From the human T2T-CHM13v2.0 reference genome, Homo sapiens, in assembly GCF_009914755.1 (NCBI RefSeq), contig NC_060931.1: a DNA stretch of 64,000 nt; one strand, 5' to 3'. The stretch's first letter is position 1. Each line of letters opens with the position of its first letter. The translations under genes were made by a program, and so were the position numbers. Under the pieces are notes generated by a model. The model saw nothing but the letters and a program-made list of their open reading frames with translations. It made no database searches and was not told where the DNA came from. Of the stretch, positions 43,440-58,824 are shown piece by piece.

Positions 43440-43590
43440 CATTTCACACCCAAAGACACTCTGTCAAGTAGATATTTTAACTCTCTTTGCCCATGCAGAT
43501 ATGGGGAACAGAAAGATAAGTAACTTGCCAAAAGTCAGAAAACTAGAAAGTTACAAAGTCATTATTTGAAACCAAGCCTCTCCAACTAAT
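43440..43590 (-). mobile_element. MIR fragment
   Basis: gcagatatggggaacagaaagataagtaacttgccaaaagtcag...atttgaaaccaagcc. Confidence 0.7.
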
Positions 43591-43735
43591 AAACTGAGAG
43601 TCTCAATGTCTGCGCTAGATTGACAGGAATATCAGATTTAAAATTGACTGATGGGAAATCAATCTAGATACACACACCTTCATTTAAGAGAGGACAAAAC
43701 CATGGTGTATGGTTGTCTAGTGTTGCATTTATTTT

Positions 43736-43888
43736 TGGCTGATTTTTGTATTTTTAGTACAGACAGGGTTTCATGTACAGACAGGGTTTCATGTTGGCCA
43801 GGCTGGTCTCGAACTCCTGACCTCGTGATCCGCCCGCCTTGGCCTCCCAAAGTGCTGGGATTATAGGCATGAGCCACCACGCCCCGCC
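43736..43888 (-). mobile_element. AluS left arm only (3'-truncated), with an internal 18-bp tandem duplication
   Basis: Intact 5' end through the middle A-rich linker. Right arm and tail absent. (gtacagacagggtttcat)x2 at 43757-43792. Confidence 0.92.
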
Positions 43889-44921
43889 TCTTAGAGGTTA
43901 AATTAAATCTCTCCCTTCTATATTTTTCCTATAGTAGAGTAATAGGTAAAATTTCCTCTTCAACAGTTTTGAAATATTTAAATAGTATCTAGTGACATGT
44001 GTTACAGTACATGGGCACAGTTTAAAGCACTCCAATTTATCTAGTAATATTGAAGGGAGAATTACATATATTTGTACTAATTTTTATCATGTAAAACAAC
44101 CTTGATGATAATCTGTGAAATAAAGAATACAGGAGCAATTTTATAAGTAAGAGTGGGAAAGGATTTACTTTTTTGGATTTTGTCTCTGGCCAAAGTTCTC
44201 TCTACAGCTGTAAAAACTTCAGCAGTCTATGTGAAATATGTCCAGTTTCCTCTCTTTGCATTCAGAAGCTCTGCTTGTCAGTTATTCCTCACTGGTTCAT
44301 AAACAATAATGCTTAAAAATAAAGGTATAAGAAGCATTTGTTTTCTTGCATTTCTGAAATGAGTACCTTGTCTAATACATTTTTTTTTCATACTTAGAAT
44401 AAGCCAAAATAGAGAAAACAGCTGCCCCTGGAAGTAGCAGCATTTGAAAAAGCCTTTTTAGGACTGAGTAACCTGTGGTTGATGAAGAGGAAGTATAATT
44501 CAATGGCATTTATGTCTAAAAGGATTCCGTTAAGAGTCAACAAAATGAGACTGAATAATTTCATTTGAAATTATAACCACTGTTCCTTTGCCAAAAAAGA
44601 AAACGAAACTCACTGCCCACAGGGCAGTGAGAAGCTTTAAGTATTATAGGAAAAAAAAGAAAATGCAACAATTGCTACCCAAAACGTGTGTGGTCAAGTT
44701 AAATGAGTAATTTAAAGAAAATGGATACTTGTACTTTGTGGAGTTCAGCTCCTTTTGCCAGGCTATGGACTGCAGGCTGTTACTGCCAAGGTAAAAACAT
44801 AAAAATGATGGGCTGGTGGTTTCTATGCAGCTTATGCTAATTTAAAACCCAAGAAGCTGCAGGAAGAATCAGTGTTGTAAATAGACAAGTGGCAGTGCCT
44901 AACGAGTATTCTCTTTCTCAG

Positions 44922-44999
44922 GGACTTCTGTCCTCAGAGATGCTCAACGGCAAATCTCCCGCCTGGGCTCCGCACAGGAATCAGCACGTCCCTGGAAAA
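44922..44999 (+). other. Candidate 78-nt internal exon or CpG-enriched regulatory element
   Basis: CTAAC branch-like motif (44899-44903), pyrimidine tract and CAG acceptor, AAA|GTATGC donor. All three + frames open. Product unrecognised. Confidence 0.25.
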
Positions 45000-45311
45000 G
45001 TATGCAGACAAACCAGTAGTAGGAACATCCCCACATGCACTTCACCACCTGCAGTGATTTTTATTGTCTGATAAAGTAGATATAACTGCTCTTTATCTTA
45101 CCAATTGGCTACAGAGCGAAATGGTCAACATATTATTCATACAAGGTTGAGCTCATTGCATTTTAGTTTCTTTTCATAGAAACTGATTGTTTTTTTCCTG
45201 GAGTTAGGTACATGTCCACAATGCCACCTGAATTACCAATGTTTCACTTATTCTTCCATTATTTCTAAGGGCTATGAATTCTACTTCAGCCACTTCAGTT
45301 GTGCTCCCATT

Positions 45312-45500
45312 CAAGGGAGGCAAACACAGATGCACTTAGGAGTCTGATGGCTAATATAAAGGAATAAGGCAGAGGATACAAGCATCAGGGAGTGGAAGGT
45401 CTTAGTGATTTGGACCATGCATGCTACACGAACAGATAGTCAAATACAATTTTTAAAAACAAAAATTTACATGCTTTGCACCAGTTTGTGAACCCAGTCT
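45312..45500. mobile_element. hAT-Charlie MITE remnant (MER58C/MER103-like)
   Basis: caagggaggcaaacacagatgc...cagggagtgg...ccagtttgtgaaccc resembles Charlie-type termini. Confidence 0.5.
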
Positions 45501-46112
45501 TATATAATGATCTCTAAGTTTCAGCTGTAAATATCTTATTTGCCCAATATGTCTTCATTCAAATTGCTTAGAGAGTCAAACTCATTGGCTACTATTAGGT
45601 TAAGACAGGGAAGCCCTTGAGTCGTATGCCTATTCTTGTCTAATCAGTTAGCACAGAAGAATTATGGTAATGGGCTATGTAAAATATCTGCTTAATCATT
45701 ATACACCCAGTTGGTCAGGTCAGTTCTCTCCAGATAGGGCTATGGGAGAGCCAGGCATTCTGACGGTTGACTTCTCCAGTACGATGATCTTTCCTATAGA
45801 CTTGAAGTCGAGACATATAAAGCTGCGGGAGACCATAACCATAGCTTAAATCATTATTTTTTAAACAGATAATCCATAAAACACCATCCCATTAGATGTT
45901 GAAAAAAAGTATTCTGAATTCAGGGACTTTAAGAAATACCAAACACATTTACTTAATTCAGAGTTTCTCAGATCCTTTAGTAGGCTAACATATACAGTGC
46001 TCTCTAAAATAAGAATTGCTATTCGCGTTTTTTCAGTTTTATTTTGTTATTGTTATGTTTTGTTTTTTTCATTTTAGAACTCTCCTATCTTAACTCTTCT
46101 AATATAACTTGA

Positions 46113-46408
46113 GTATAGACATGGTGGTTTACGCCTGTAATCGCAGCACTTTGGGAAGCTGAGGTGGGAGGATCACTTGAGCCAAGGAGTTTGAGAGCAG
46201 CCTGGGCAAGATGTCTTTACGAAAAATACAAAAATTAGCCAGGTATGGTGCCGCACCTGCAGTCCCAGCTACTCAGGAGGCTGAGCCAGGAGGATCACCT
46301 GAGACTTGGATGTCAAGGTTGCAGTAAGCTGTGATTGCACCACTGCACTCCAGACTAGGTGACAAAGTGAGACACTGTCTCTAATAAATAAATAATAAGA
46401 AATAAAAA
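46113..46408 (+). mobile_element. AluJ
   Basis: Diverged dimer (ggaggatcacttgagccaaggagtttgag...gtcaaggttgcagtaagctgtgattgcacc) with a (TAAA)n tail. Confidence 0.9.
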
Positions 46409-46508
46409 GACAAGTTATTTCAGACCTCTCCAATCTTATTTCTTAGTATGCCTGGAGGTTGTATTTGAGACATAGTAATCTAAAATTATTTTATAAATAA
46501 GAAAAACT

Positions 46509-47535
46509 GGAGGGTGGAGCCAAGATGGCTGAATAGGAACAGCTCCAGTCTACAGCTCCCAGCGTGAGCGACACAGAAGATGGGTGATTTCTGCATTTCC
46601 AACTGAGGTACCAGGTTCATCTCACTGGGGAGAGCTGGACAGTGGGTGCAGGACAGTGGGTGCAGCACACCGTGCGTGAGCCGAAGCAGGGCAAGGTATC
46701 ACCTCACCCGGGAAGCTCAAGGGGTCAGGGAATTCCCTTTCCTAGTCAAAGAAAGGGGTGACAGACGGCACCTGGAAAATTGGGTCACTCCCACCCTAAT
46801 ACTGCGCTTTTCCAATGAGCTTAACAAACAGCACACCAGCAGATTATATCCCGCACATGGCTCAGAGGGTCCTACGCCCACGGAGCCTCACTGATTGCTA
46901 GCACAGCAGTCTGAGATCAAACTGCAAGGTGGCAGCGAGGCTGGGGAAGGGGTGCCCGCAATTGCCGAGGCTTGAGTAGGCAAAGAAAGCATCCAGGAAG
47001 CTGGAACTGGGTGGAGCCCACCACAGCTCAAGGAGGCCTGCCTGCCTCTGTAGGCTCCACCTCTGGGGGCAGGGCACAGACAAACAAAAGGCAGCAGTAA
47101 CCTCTGCAGACTTAAATGTCCCTGTCTGATAGCTTTGAAGAGAGTAGTGGTTCTCCCAGCACGCAGCTTGAGATCTGAGAACGGGATAACTGCCTCCTCA
47201 AGTGGGTCCCTGACCCCCGAGTAGCCTACTGGGAGGCACCCCCAGTAGGGGCAGACTGACACCTCACACAGCCGGGTACTCCTCTGACACAAAACTTACA
47301 GAGGAACGATCAGGCAGCAGCATTTGCGGTTCACCAATATCCACTGTTCTGCAGCCACTGCTGCTGATACCCAGGCAAACAGGGTCTGGAGTGGACCTCC
47401 AGCAAACTCCAACAGACCTGCAGCTGAGGGTCCTGACTATTAGAAGGAAAACTAACAAACAGAAAGGACATCCACACCAAAAACCCTTCTGTACGTCACC
47501 ATGATCAAAGACCAAAGGTAGATAAAACCACAAAG
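46509..47535 (+). promoter_or_regulatory. L1 5'UTR internal sense/antisense promoter with YY1 core
   Basis: CAAGATGGC at 46521-46529. CpG-containing 5'UTR. Long form retaining the roughly 129-bp segment at about 47283-47410. Confidence 0.8.
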
Positions 47536-48550
47536 ATGGGGAAAAAACAGAGCAGAAAAACCGGAAACTCTAAAAAGCAGAGAGCCTCTCCTCCTCCAAA
47601 GGTACGCAGCTCCTCACCAGCAATAGGACAAAGCTGGACAGAGAATGACTTTGACGAGTTGAGAGAAGAAGACTTCAGAAGATCAAACTACTCCGAGCTA
47701 AAGGAGGAAGTTAGAACCCATGGCAAAGAAGTTAAAAACCTTGAAAAATAATTAGATGAATGGCTAACTAGAATTACAAATGCAGAGAAGTCCTTAAAGG
47801 ACCTCATGGAGCTGAAAACCATGGCACGAGAACTACGTGATGAATGCACAAGCCTGAGTAGCCGATGCGATCAACTGGGAGAAAGGGGATCAGCAATGGA
47901 AGACGAAATGAATGAAATGAAGCGAGAAGAGAAGTTTAGAGAAAAAAGAGTAAAAAGTAATGAACAAAGCCTCCAAGAAATATGGGATTATGTGAAAAGA
48001 CCAAATCTACATCTGATTGGTGTACCCGAAAGTGATGGGGAGAATGGAACCAAGTTGGAAAACACTCTGCAGGATATTAGCCAGGAGAACTTCCCCAAGC
48101 TAGCAAGGCAGGCCAACATTCAAATTCAGGAAATACAGAGAATGCCACAAAGATACTCCTCGAGAAGAGCAACTCAAGACACATAATTGTCACATTCACC
48201 AAAGTTGAAATGAAGGAAAAAATGTTAAGGGCAGCCAGAGAGAAAGGTCGGGTTACCCACAAAGGGAAGCCCATCAGACTAACAGCTGATCTCTCAGCAG
48301 AAACTCGACAAGACAGAAGAGAGTGGGGCCAATATTCAACATTCTTAAAGAAAAGAATTTTCAATCCAGAATTTCATATCCAGTCAAACTAAGCGTCATA
48401 AGTGAAGGAGAAATAAAATACTTTACAGACAAGCAAATGCTGAGAGATTTTGTCACCACCAGGCCTGCCCTAAAAGAGCTCCTGAAGGAAGCACTAAACA
48501 TGGAAAGCAACAACCAGTACCAGCCACTGCAAAAACATGCCAAATTGTAA
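47536..48550 (+). pseudogene. L1 ORF1p, disrupted (in-frame TAA at 47749-47751 plus downstream frameshifts)
   Basis: MGKKQSRKTGNSK..., ...QSLQEIWDYVKRPNL..., ...QYQPLQKHAKL*. Confidence 0.93.
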
Positions 48551-48586
48551 AGACCATCAAGGCTAGGAAGAAACTGCATCAACTAA

Positions 48587-52435
<3,849 letters not shown>

Positions 52436-52854
52436 ACAATGAGAACACATGGACACAGGAAGGGGAATATCACACACCGTAGACTGTTGTGGGGTGGGGG
52501 AAGGGGGGAAGGATAGCATTAGGAGATATACCTAATGCTAAATGACGAGTTAATGGGTGCAGCACACCAACATGGCACATGTATACATATGTAACAAACC
52601 TGCACATTGTGCACATGTACCCTAAAACTTAAAGTATAATAATAATAAAATTAAAAAAAAAAAACAAAGCCACTATACTTCTTCAGTGAATATTATTTGA
52701 ACATCTACTATATACCAAATATTTTACTAAAATTTAGACATAATCCAAACCTCTTATCTGTCTTGGCAGGATAAAGGGAGTGTTAGATATTGTACCTTTA
52801 GTGTACAGCCTTACAATTTCAAAGTTGTTGAATGAATTTTAAGTGAATGAGAAA

Positions 52855-52900
52855 GTTGTTGTGAACCCTGGCTCTGAATCAGTATCTCCCATAAGTATTT

Positions 52901-52949
<49 letters not shown>

Positions 52950-53072
52950 TCAAAAGTCTGAGTGTATTCCAAAGCTGCTAATCAGAATTTTTGGGTTAGT
53001 AGCCTCTCAGTTTTTAATTTTCACCAGACTCCGTGGGTGATTTTAATGCATGACCAAGATTGAGAATCATTA
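52855..53072. mobile_element. MER5A/B (hAT-Charlie) remnant containing a CA repeat
   Basis: gggtgattttaatgcatgaccaagattgagaatcatt resembles the MER5 terminus. Confidence 0.6.
52903..52945. repeat. (CA)21 microsatellite
   Basis: Perfect AC run. Confidence 0.97.
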
Positions 53073-53409
53073 ATCTAAAAACATAAATTCATTAGTGGCA
53101 CAGATTGTGTTAAAATGGAAAATGACTTCCAATCCAATACATTGTCTGCTAGTTGGGGGGTTAGAATATATGTACTGAGAATGGCAGAGAGGCCCCAGTT
53201 AGACATAATCATAGGCCCATGGCAACATAATTTTAGGCAATTAAGGGAAGGGCAGACAATGTAGGAAGATACCATAATAGAATGTTGAGGAGAAGGACAT
53301 TCTACCAATCAGACTTGTAGCCAAGAAATCAAGGCAGAAAGAGATAATACAGAGAATTAGGTTTGGTCCTAGGAAAGATGGCAAAGGGTGTAGTTGGTGG
53401 AAAACCAAT

Positions 53410-53625
53410 ATTGCTCCTAATGTTTATTGAGCACCTATAATATGCTAGTTCTGTGTACTTTGCATGGAATGTCTCACTTAACTCTTACAGCATTGCTATG
53501 AAGTGGGAACCATAATTCTCATTTTGGAGAGAAGAAAAATATAGCTTAAGGAGGTTAAGAAACTCCACACAATTACATATCTAGTAAAAGAACAACTAGG
53601 ATTCCATCTATAGAAGTCTGAAATT
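53410..53625 (-). mobile_element. MIR
   Basis: atgtttattgagcacctataatatgctag...cacttaactcttacagc...gaggttaagaaact. Confidence 0.75.
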
Positions 53626-54803
53626 AGGGAACAAAGGCAAAATGAGAGCAGAAGCAAAAGGCACCATGTGTCTCCTGGTCATAAAGTGTTGCTTGAGTAT
53701 GTTTTCCATTTGCCAGGCCTCATCTTTCAGAACTCATGGGAAGAACTTGTAGGTGAAATTTAATAAGCCTTAGGTACAGAGCTAAGAAATGGAAAAAAAA
53801 AGAAATCCAACAGGGTGATCAAATAATAATAATTTTAAAAATCTCTATTTCTTAAAACCGGAAACAAAAAGGCTGTTGACAGAATACCAGGCCTCCTGGA
53901 AGGGGCTGCATTGTGAGAGGGTCTGGATTATATTTGGAGCTCAAGGGAGATTCAGCACAACCTTCAATTCCAATACTTACCAACTTTTTATTCTCTTTGT
54001 TCAACTCTGCTTCAAGATTTTTTAAAAAAATTCTAAACACATTACTAAAATAATCCCTTCTAAAATCAAGGGATAAAAGCTTACATGCACAAACTGGTTA
54101 TTTTCTTATCTGTCTAGATTATTTCCATGAATATTTATCACTAGCGTTAGAGCAATCTTATTTATTCTTATAGCAGTTGTGCATACCAAAGTTTGTTTTC
54201 ATTGAAGAATAAAATCTATAGCATCTCTATTCCTAATCAATGTTGTTCATTTCCAGTATACTGAATATGATTATTCCCTTTGCAATATAGTACTTAATTG
54301 GCAAGAAATTCACCCTTTGGCTTGATGACAACAACACACACACACTGAATACAAGCCTTTGTTCCCACTCATATAGGTCAGGTCATTCAATTCAGACAGT
54401 ATAAGTTTTATGTACAATTGTATACACTTTCCACTGGGTTAATCTCATCAGCCGAAGTTCATCCCTTATTTTTATTCTCTCTCCTCTTTCTCTCGGCTTA
54501 AATGTGATCTCAAACCCCTCAAGCAGTACTTTGCACTGGGAGATACAAAAACTTCTGGTTGCAAAAATATAGAAATTTGATGTGATAACAAAGTGCTTTA
54601 GGGAAACATGCATGCAGTGTTAAAATCCAATCCAGCCTCATTGTCTATTCATGAGGATGGAGTAGTCATTCGACAAATTCTCAAAAAATACGCAGAGCGT
54701 TATTTCTTTACAATAAGAATTTAGTGGGTGCAATTAAGTGAAATATTTCAGAGTATTGCAATCAAGTTTCGGTCTAGATGTATTTCTTAAATCTAGATTG
54801 GGG

Positions 54804-55332
54804 TGTGTTTTAGTAGTCTATTGTTATCTAGCAAATTACCACAAAATGGATCAAAACAATACACATTTATTATCCCAAAGTTTCTCTGGTCAGGAGTGCT
54901 AGTATAAGTTTGATAGGTGCTCTGTTTGAAGTCGCTCAAGGCTGCAGTCAAGATATTCACTGGGCTGTGTTGTTGTTATCAGGAGGACTAACTAGAGAAG
55001 GCTCAGCTTCCACAATTATTCAGGTAGTGGGCAGAATTTATTTCCTCATGGACTAAGAGCCTTGGTTTCTTCTAGTCATCACCTAAAGGCACTTTACTCG
55101 TTGACATATGGTCCTCCCAACAGGCCAAGAGTCTGTAGAGTGAATGAGCAAGTAAATGAAGTATTATATGAAGTAGCATAATCATGTAAATGAAATATCA
55201 TCACCTTTTCTATAGTCTTTTTGTCAGAGGCAAGTCACAAGTTCCACTCATATTCAAGAGAAAGAGATTATACAAAGCCAAGAACATCAGGAGAGGGAGA
55301 TCATAGGGGTACCTTAGGGTCTGTCTATAACA
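54804..55332 (-). mobile_element. MLT1F-like solo LTR
   Basis: caaattaccacaaaa...aaacaatacacatttattatc...aaggctgcagtcaaga...gcaagtcaca...ctgtctataaca. Confidence 0.8.
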
Positions 55333-55737
55333 GAATGGATAAGAGAAGGCAGAGTGAGTACTGCTAGAAAGGCCCCTCAAATGTTACAGATCTATTTCCT
55401 CTCTCCTTCAGAAAATTCCTGCCATCTAACTGCCATTGCTTTCTCTTAAAGCAAAATTCTGGGCCATCTATCTCAAATTTTCATCTAAATAAAATATCTG
55501 AAATCCACCCTTGTCCCATTTAGTGAAAATGCCTGAGAGGCAGTCTCTGGAAACTACTCCTACATGATATTTAATCTAGTGGAAACTTGAGAACAACTTA
55601 CTTACATCCTAGTAAAGTTTCCAGCTATTTGAAATGTCTTTTCCCAAAATTTTAAGTATAAATTTTATTCCCAGTGATTTCCCTCTATTTGAAGTGTCTT
55701 TGGAACAACAGCAGTATCAATAATAATAAAATGAGAT

Positions 55738-56385
55738 TTACTTTTATTTATTTATCAATTTTTATTGTAGATTCGGGGGGTACTTGTCCAGGTTTGCTAC
55801 CTGAGTATATTGTGTGATGCTAAGGTTTGGCGTATGTATTAGTCCATTTTTACACTGCTGTAAAGAACTACCTGAGACTGGGTAATTTATGAAGAAAAGA
55901 GGTTTAATTGACTTACAGTTTCACAGACTGTACGGGAAGCATGGCTGGGAGGCCTCAGGAAACTTACAATCATGGTAGAAGATGAAGGGGAAGCAAGCAC
56001 ATCTTACCACGGTGGAGCAGGAGAGAGAGAGAGTGAAGGAGAAGTGCTGTACACTTTTAAACTATCGGATCTCATGAGAACTCCCTCACTATCAGGAGGA
56101 AACCTGTCCCCGTGATCCAATCACCTCCCACCAGGTCCCACCCTCAACACCGGGAATTACAATTCAACATGAGAATTTGGTGGGGACACAGAGCCAAAAA
56201 ATATCGGGGTACAAATAATCCCATCACCCTGGTAGTGAGCCTAGTACCCAAATAGGTAGTTTTTCAATCCTTCCCCCGAATTGATGAGCACCTAAAATGA
56301 TTCCATGTCTTTGCTGTTGTGAATAGCACTGCAATGAACACGTGAGTTCATGTGTCTTTTTGGTAGAATGATTTGTTTTCTTTTG
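55738..56385 (-). mobile_element. L1PA15/16-like 3'UTR fragment, internally deleted and split by a THE1D/MSTA LTR
   Basis: ggggggtacttgtccaggtttgctacctgagtatattgtgtgatgctaaggtttgg resumes as gtacaaataatcccatcaccc after the LTR. Confidence 0.85.
55835..56206 (-). mobile_element. THE1D/MSTA solo LTR
   Basis: tgtattagtccattttt...ggggacacagagccaaaaaatatcg. 5-bp TSD gcgta (55830-55834) / gggta (56207-56211). Confidence 0.92.
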
Positions 56386-57554
56386 AAAAGAAGAGCTGGT
56401 ACCAGGGAGAATTACTTTTTTTTCCACATCAAAAGAGGTAAAAAAAAAAAGTGTCTTCCTTTTTATTAAACCTTGTGATAATATGTAACACTAAGTTCAT
56501 AGTTTTGTGAATTACTGACCATTTTCCTTCTATACCAAGCTTACAAATGCCCTAAATATTTTTTCCCCATATAGGTACATCCAATTGATTATTACTATCT
56601 TAAAGTAATTGCTTTAAAAAATCTTTTCGGTCCACAATTTAAAAGAAGTATATCATCTCTGCTGACTTTCCTGATTTGAGTATCATTTTTACTATATAAT
56701 TTTATCAACCCTTTAAATTGTTTTCTCAATGTATGATAATCAAGTAGGAGAAATCAATACACTTTTCCCAGAATTTTATAATTTTTATCTTTTTATCATG
56801 TTCATTTGATCATTTCAAGGCTGATTCTTTAAAATCTATTTCCTTTATTTTGTATACCCAACAATGTTTTACTGATAAAAATAACAAACCTAAACCTCTT
56901 TGAAATAATATTTCCTTAGATTAAGCTCCCTCTAATTTGAATATATAAACAGAGTTTGTGAATGTTGATTTTATTGCACAGACTTGCGCTTCATTGGAGA
57001 AAGGAATAATATTACATATTTCAGAATATCCAATATAGATTTGTAGACTCAGAGGTAGGCAAGGCTTGGAAAGTAAGCAAGGTCAAGATGTGGAGGAGAC
57101 AGGTAGAGACGAGTGAGGGTGTATAAGCCAACTCAGCCTTTATCACTGTCCTTAGATTGTAGTGAAATCTGCATTAACTATGTTACCTAGTTTGTCCAGA
57201 CCAAGAAATTAAGGAAAATACTCCAGACGATCAGTACAAATATTCAAGAATGATTGAGATATCCCTGTCATAATTATAACCAAAGTAGAAATTGTTTTTG
57301 GCCCTTTTCATTTAGATTCAGTTGAACAAACTTTACTAATTACCATGAGACTTATTCTAGGTATTGTCTATTTTTTTATACCTAACATGTACCTTGTACA
57401 TGATATTTTACTTATTCAACCTATTCAAACCCTCAGTGGGCATCTATACAACACAAGTAATATCTTGGCCATTTGGCTAAGTTTTAAGGTTTTAGATAGA
57501 AGGACAACAAAGGTGTGTGGATTATGAGCTTCACTTGCTTATTTTTTTTCACAA

Positions 57555-58106
57555 GAGCTGTTCTCAAACTTTTTGATCTTAAAAATTATTATATAAAAAT
57601 TATTAAGAATCCTAAAGAACTCTTTAAAAAATTACATTGGTTATTTCTATGGATATTTGCCAAGTTAAAAATTTAAAGAGATTTTTAAAACTATTTATGC
57701 ATTCATTTTAAGCAACAATAACAAACTCATTAAATATTAGCATAAAACCAACAATAGTATATAACTTATGTGTTAACCTAATAATTATATATTAACATTA
57801 GTAACATATATTAACATAAATTACATATTTGAAATATTTAGTGAGAAAAATGTTATCTATCATTTCATATTTTTTCCAAATATCTTTAGTGCCTGACAAT
57901 AGAAGATAGCAAAATTCTCATATCTGTTTCTGTACTCAAACTGATACAATATTATACATCATGTGACCTCTGGAAAACTTTATACTCATGGGAGAATGAG
58001 AGTAAAAAAGGCAAGTGGCATTGGCGTAGCATTATAACCTCACAGAGCTCTTAAAAGGCTCTTTGGCACCCGCAGGGATCTCTATGCCACATTCTGAAAA
58101 TTTCTG
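57555..58106. mobile_element. MER119 (hAT-Charlie)
   Basis: gttctcaaactttttg...tttagtgagaa...aatagaagatagc...attctcatatctg...gagaatgagagtaaaaaaggcaa...ccacattctgaaaa. Confidence 0.8.
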
Positions 58107-58382
58107 TTCTAGGAGATAAAGATAAAACGCAACCTTTACTTAGAGGTGAAAAAGATATGACATTCCATAACAACATCAATAATAGTAGTAGATATGCCCC
58201 AGCTTTGCCTCACAGAACATACACACACAAAAGCCACAGGTTAGACACTGAGCTCGCTCTTAATATCATTTATTGTTCATAAGCACAGAAGTACAGTGAG
58301 AAGAGAATAATTTCCAAAGGTATATTTAAAAAGAAAAAAAAATTTGCAGGATTTTTGAAGAATATATACTAAAATGTAATAT

Positions 58383-58824
58383 ATTTCTTTTTTTAATTTA
58401 TTTTTTATGTTTTCGCATACACGTGCAGGATGTGTAGGTTTGTTACATAGGTAAACCTACCATGTGCCATGTGCCATGTGCCATGGTGGTTTGCTGCACC
58501 CATCAACCCATCACCTAGGTATTAAGCCCAGCATGCATTAACTCTTTTCCCTGATGCTCTCTCCTCCCCAACCTTCCCCCAACAGGCCCCAGTGTGTGTT
58601 GTTCCCTCCCTATGTCCATGTGTTCTCATTTCTCAGCTCTCACAAGTGAGAACATGCAGTGTTTGCTTTTCTAATTCCTGTGTTAGTTTGCTGAGGATAA
58701 TGGCTTCCAGCTTCTTCCATGTCCCTGCAAAGGACATGATCTTGTTCCTTTTTATGGCTGCGTAGTATTCCGGGGTGTATATGTACCACATTTTCTTTAT
58801 CCAGTCTATCACTGATGGGCATTT
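58383..58824 (-). mobile_element. Short 5'-truncated L1PA8A/10-like 3' end
   Basis: T-tail, then ...cccatcaacccatcacctaggtattaagcccagcatgcatta..., plus a local (ccatgtg)x3 expansion. Confidence 0.9.

Noticed and set aside
46637-46665. Tandem ggacagtgggtgca x2 in the L1 5'UTR
   Set aside because: This is essentially a consensus feature of L1PA 5'UTRs as I recall them.
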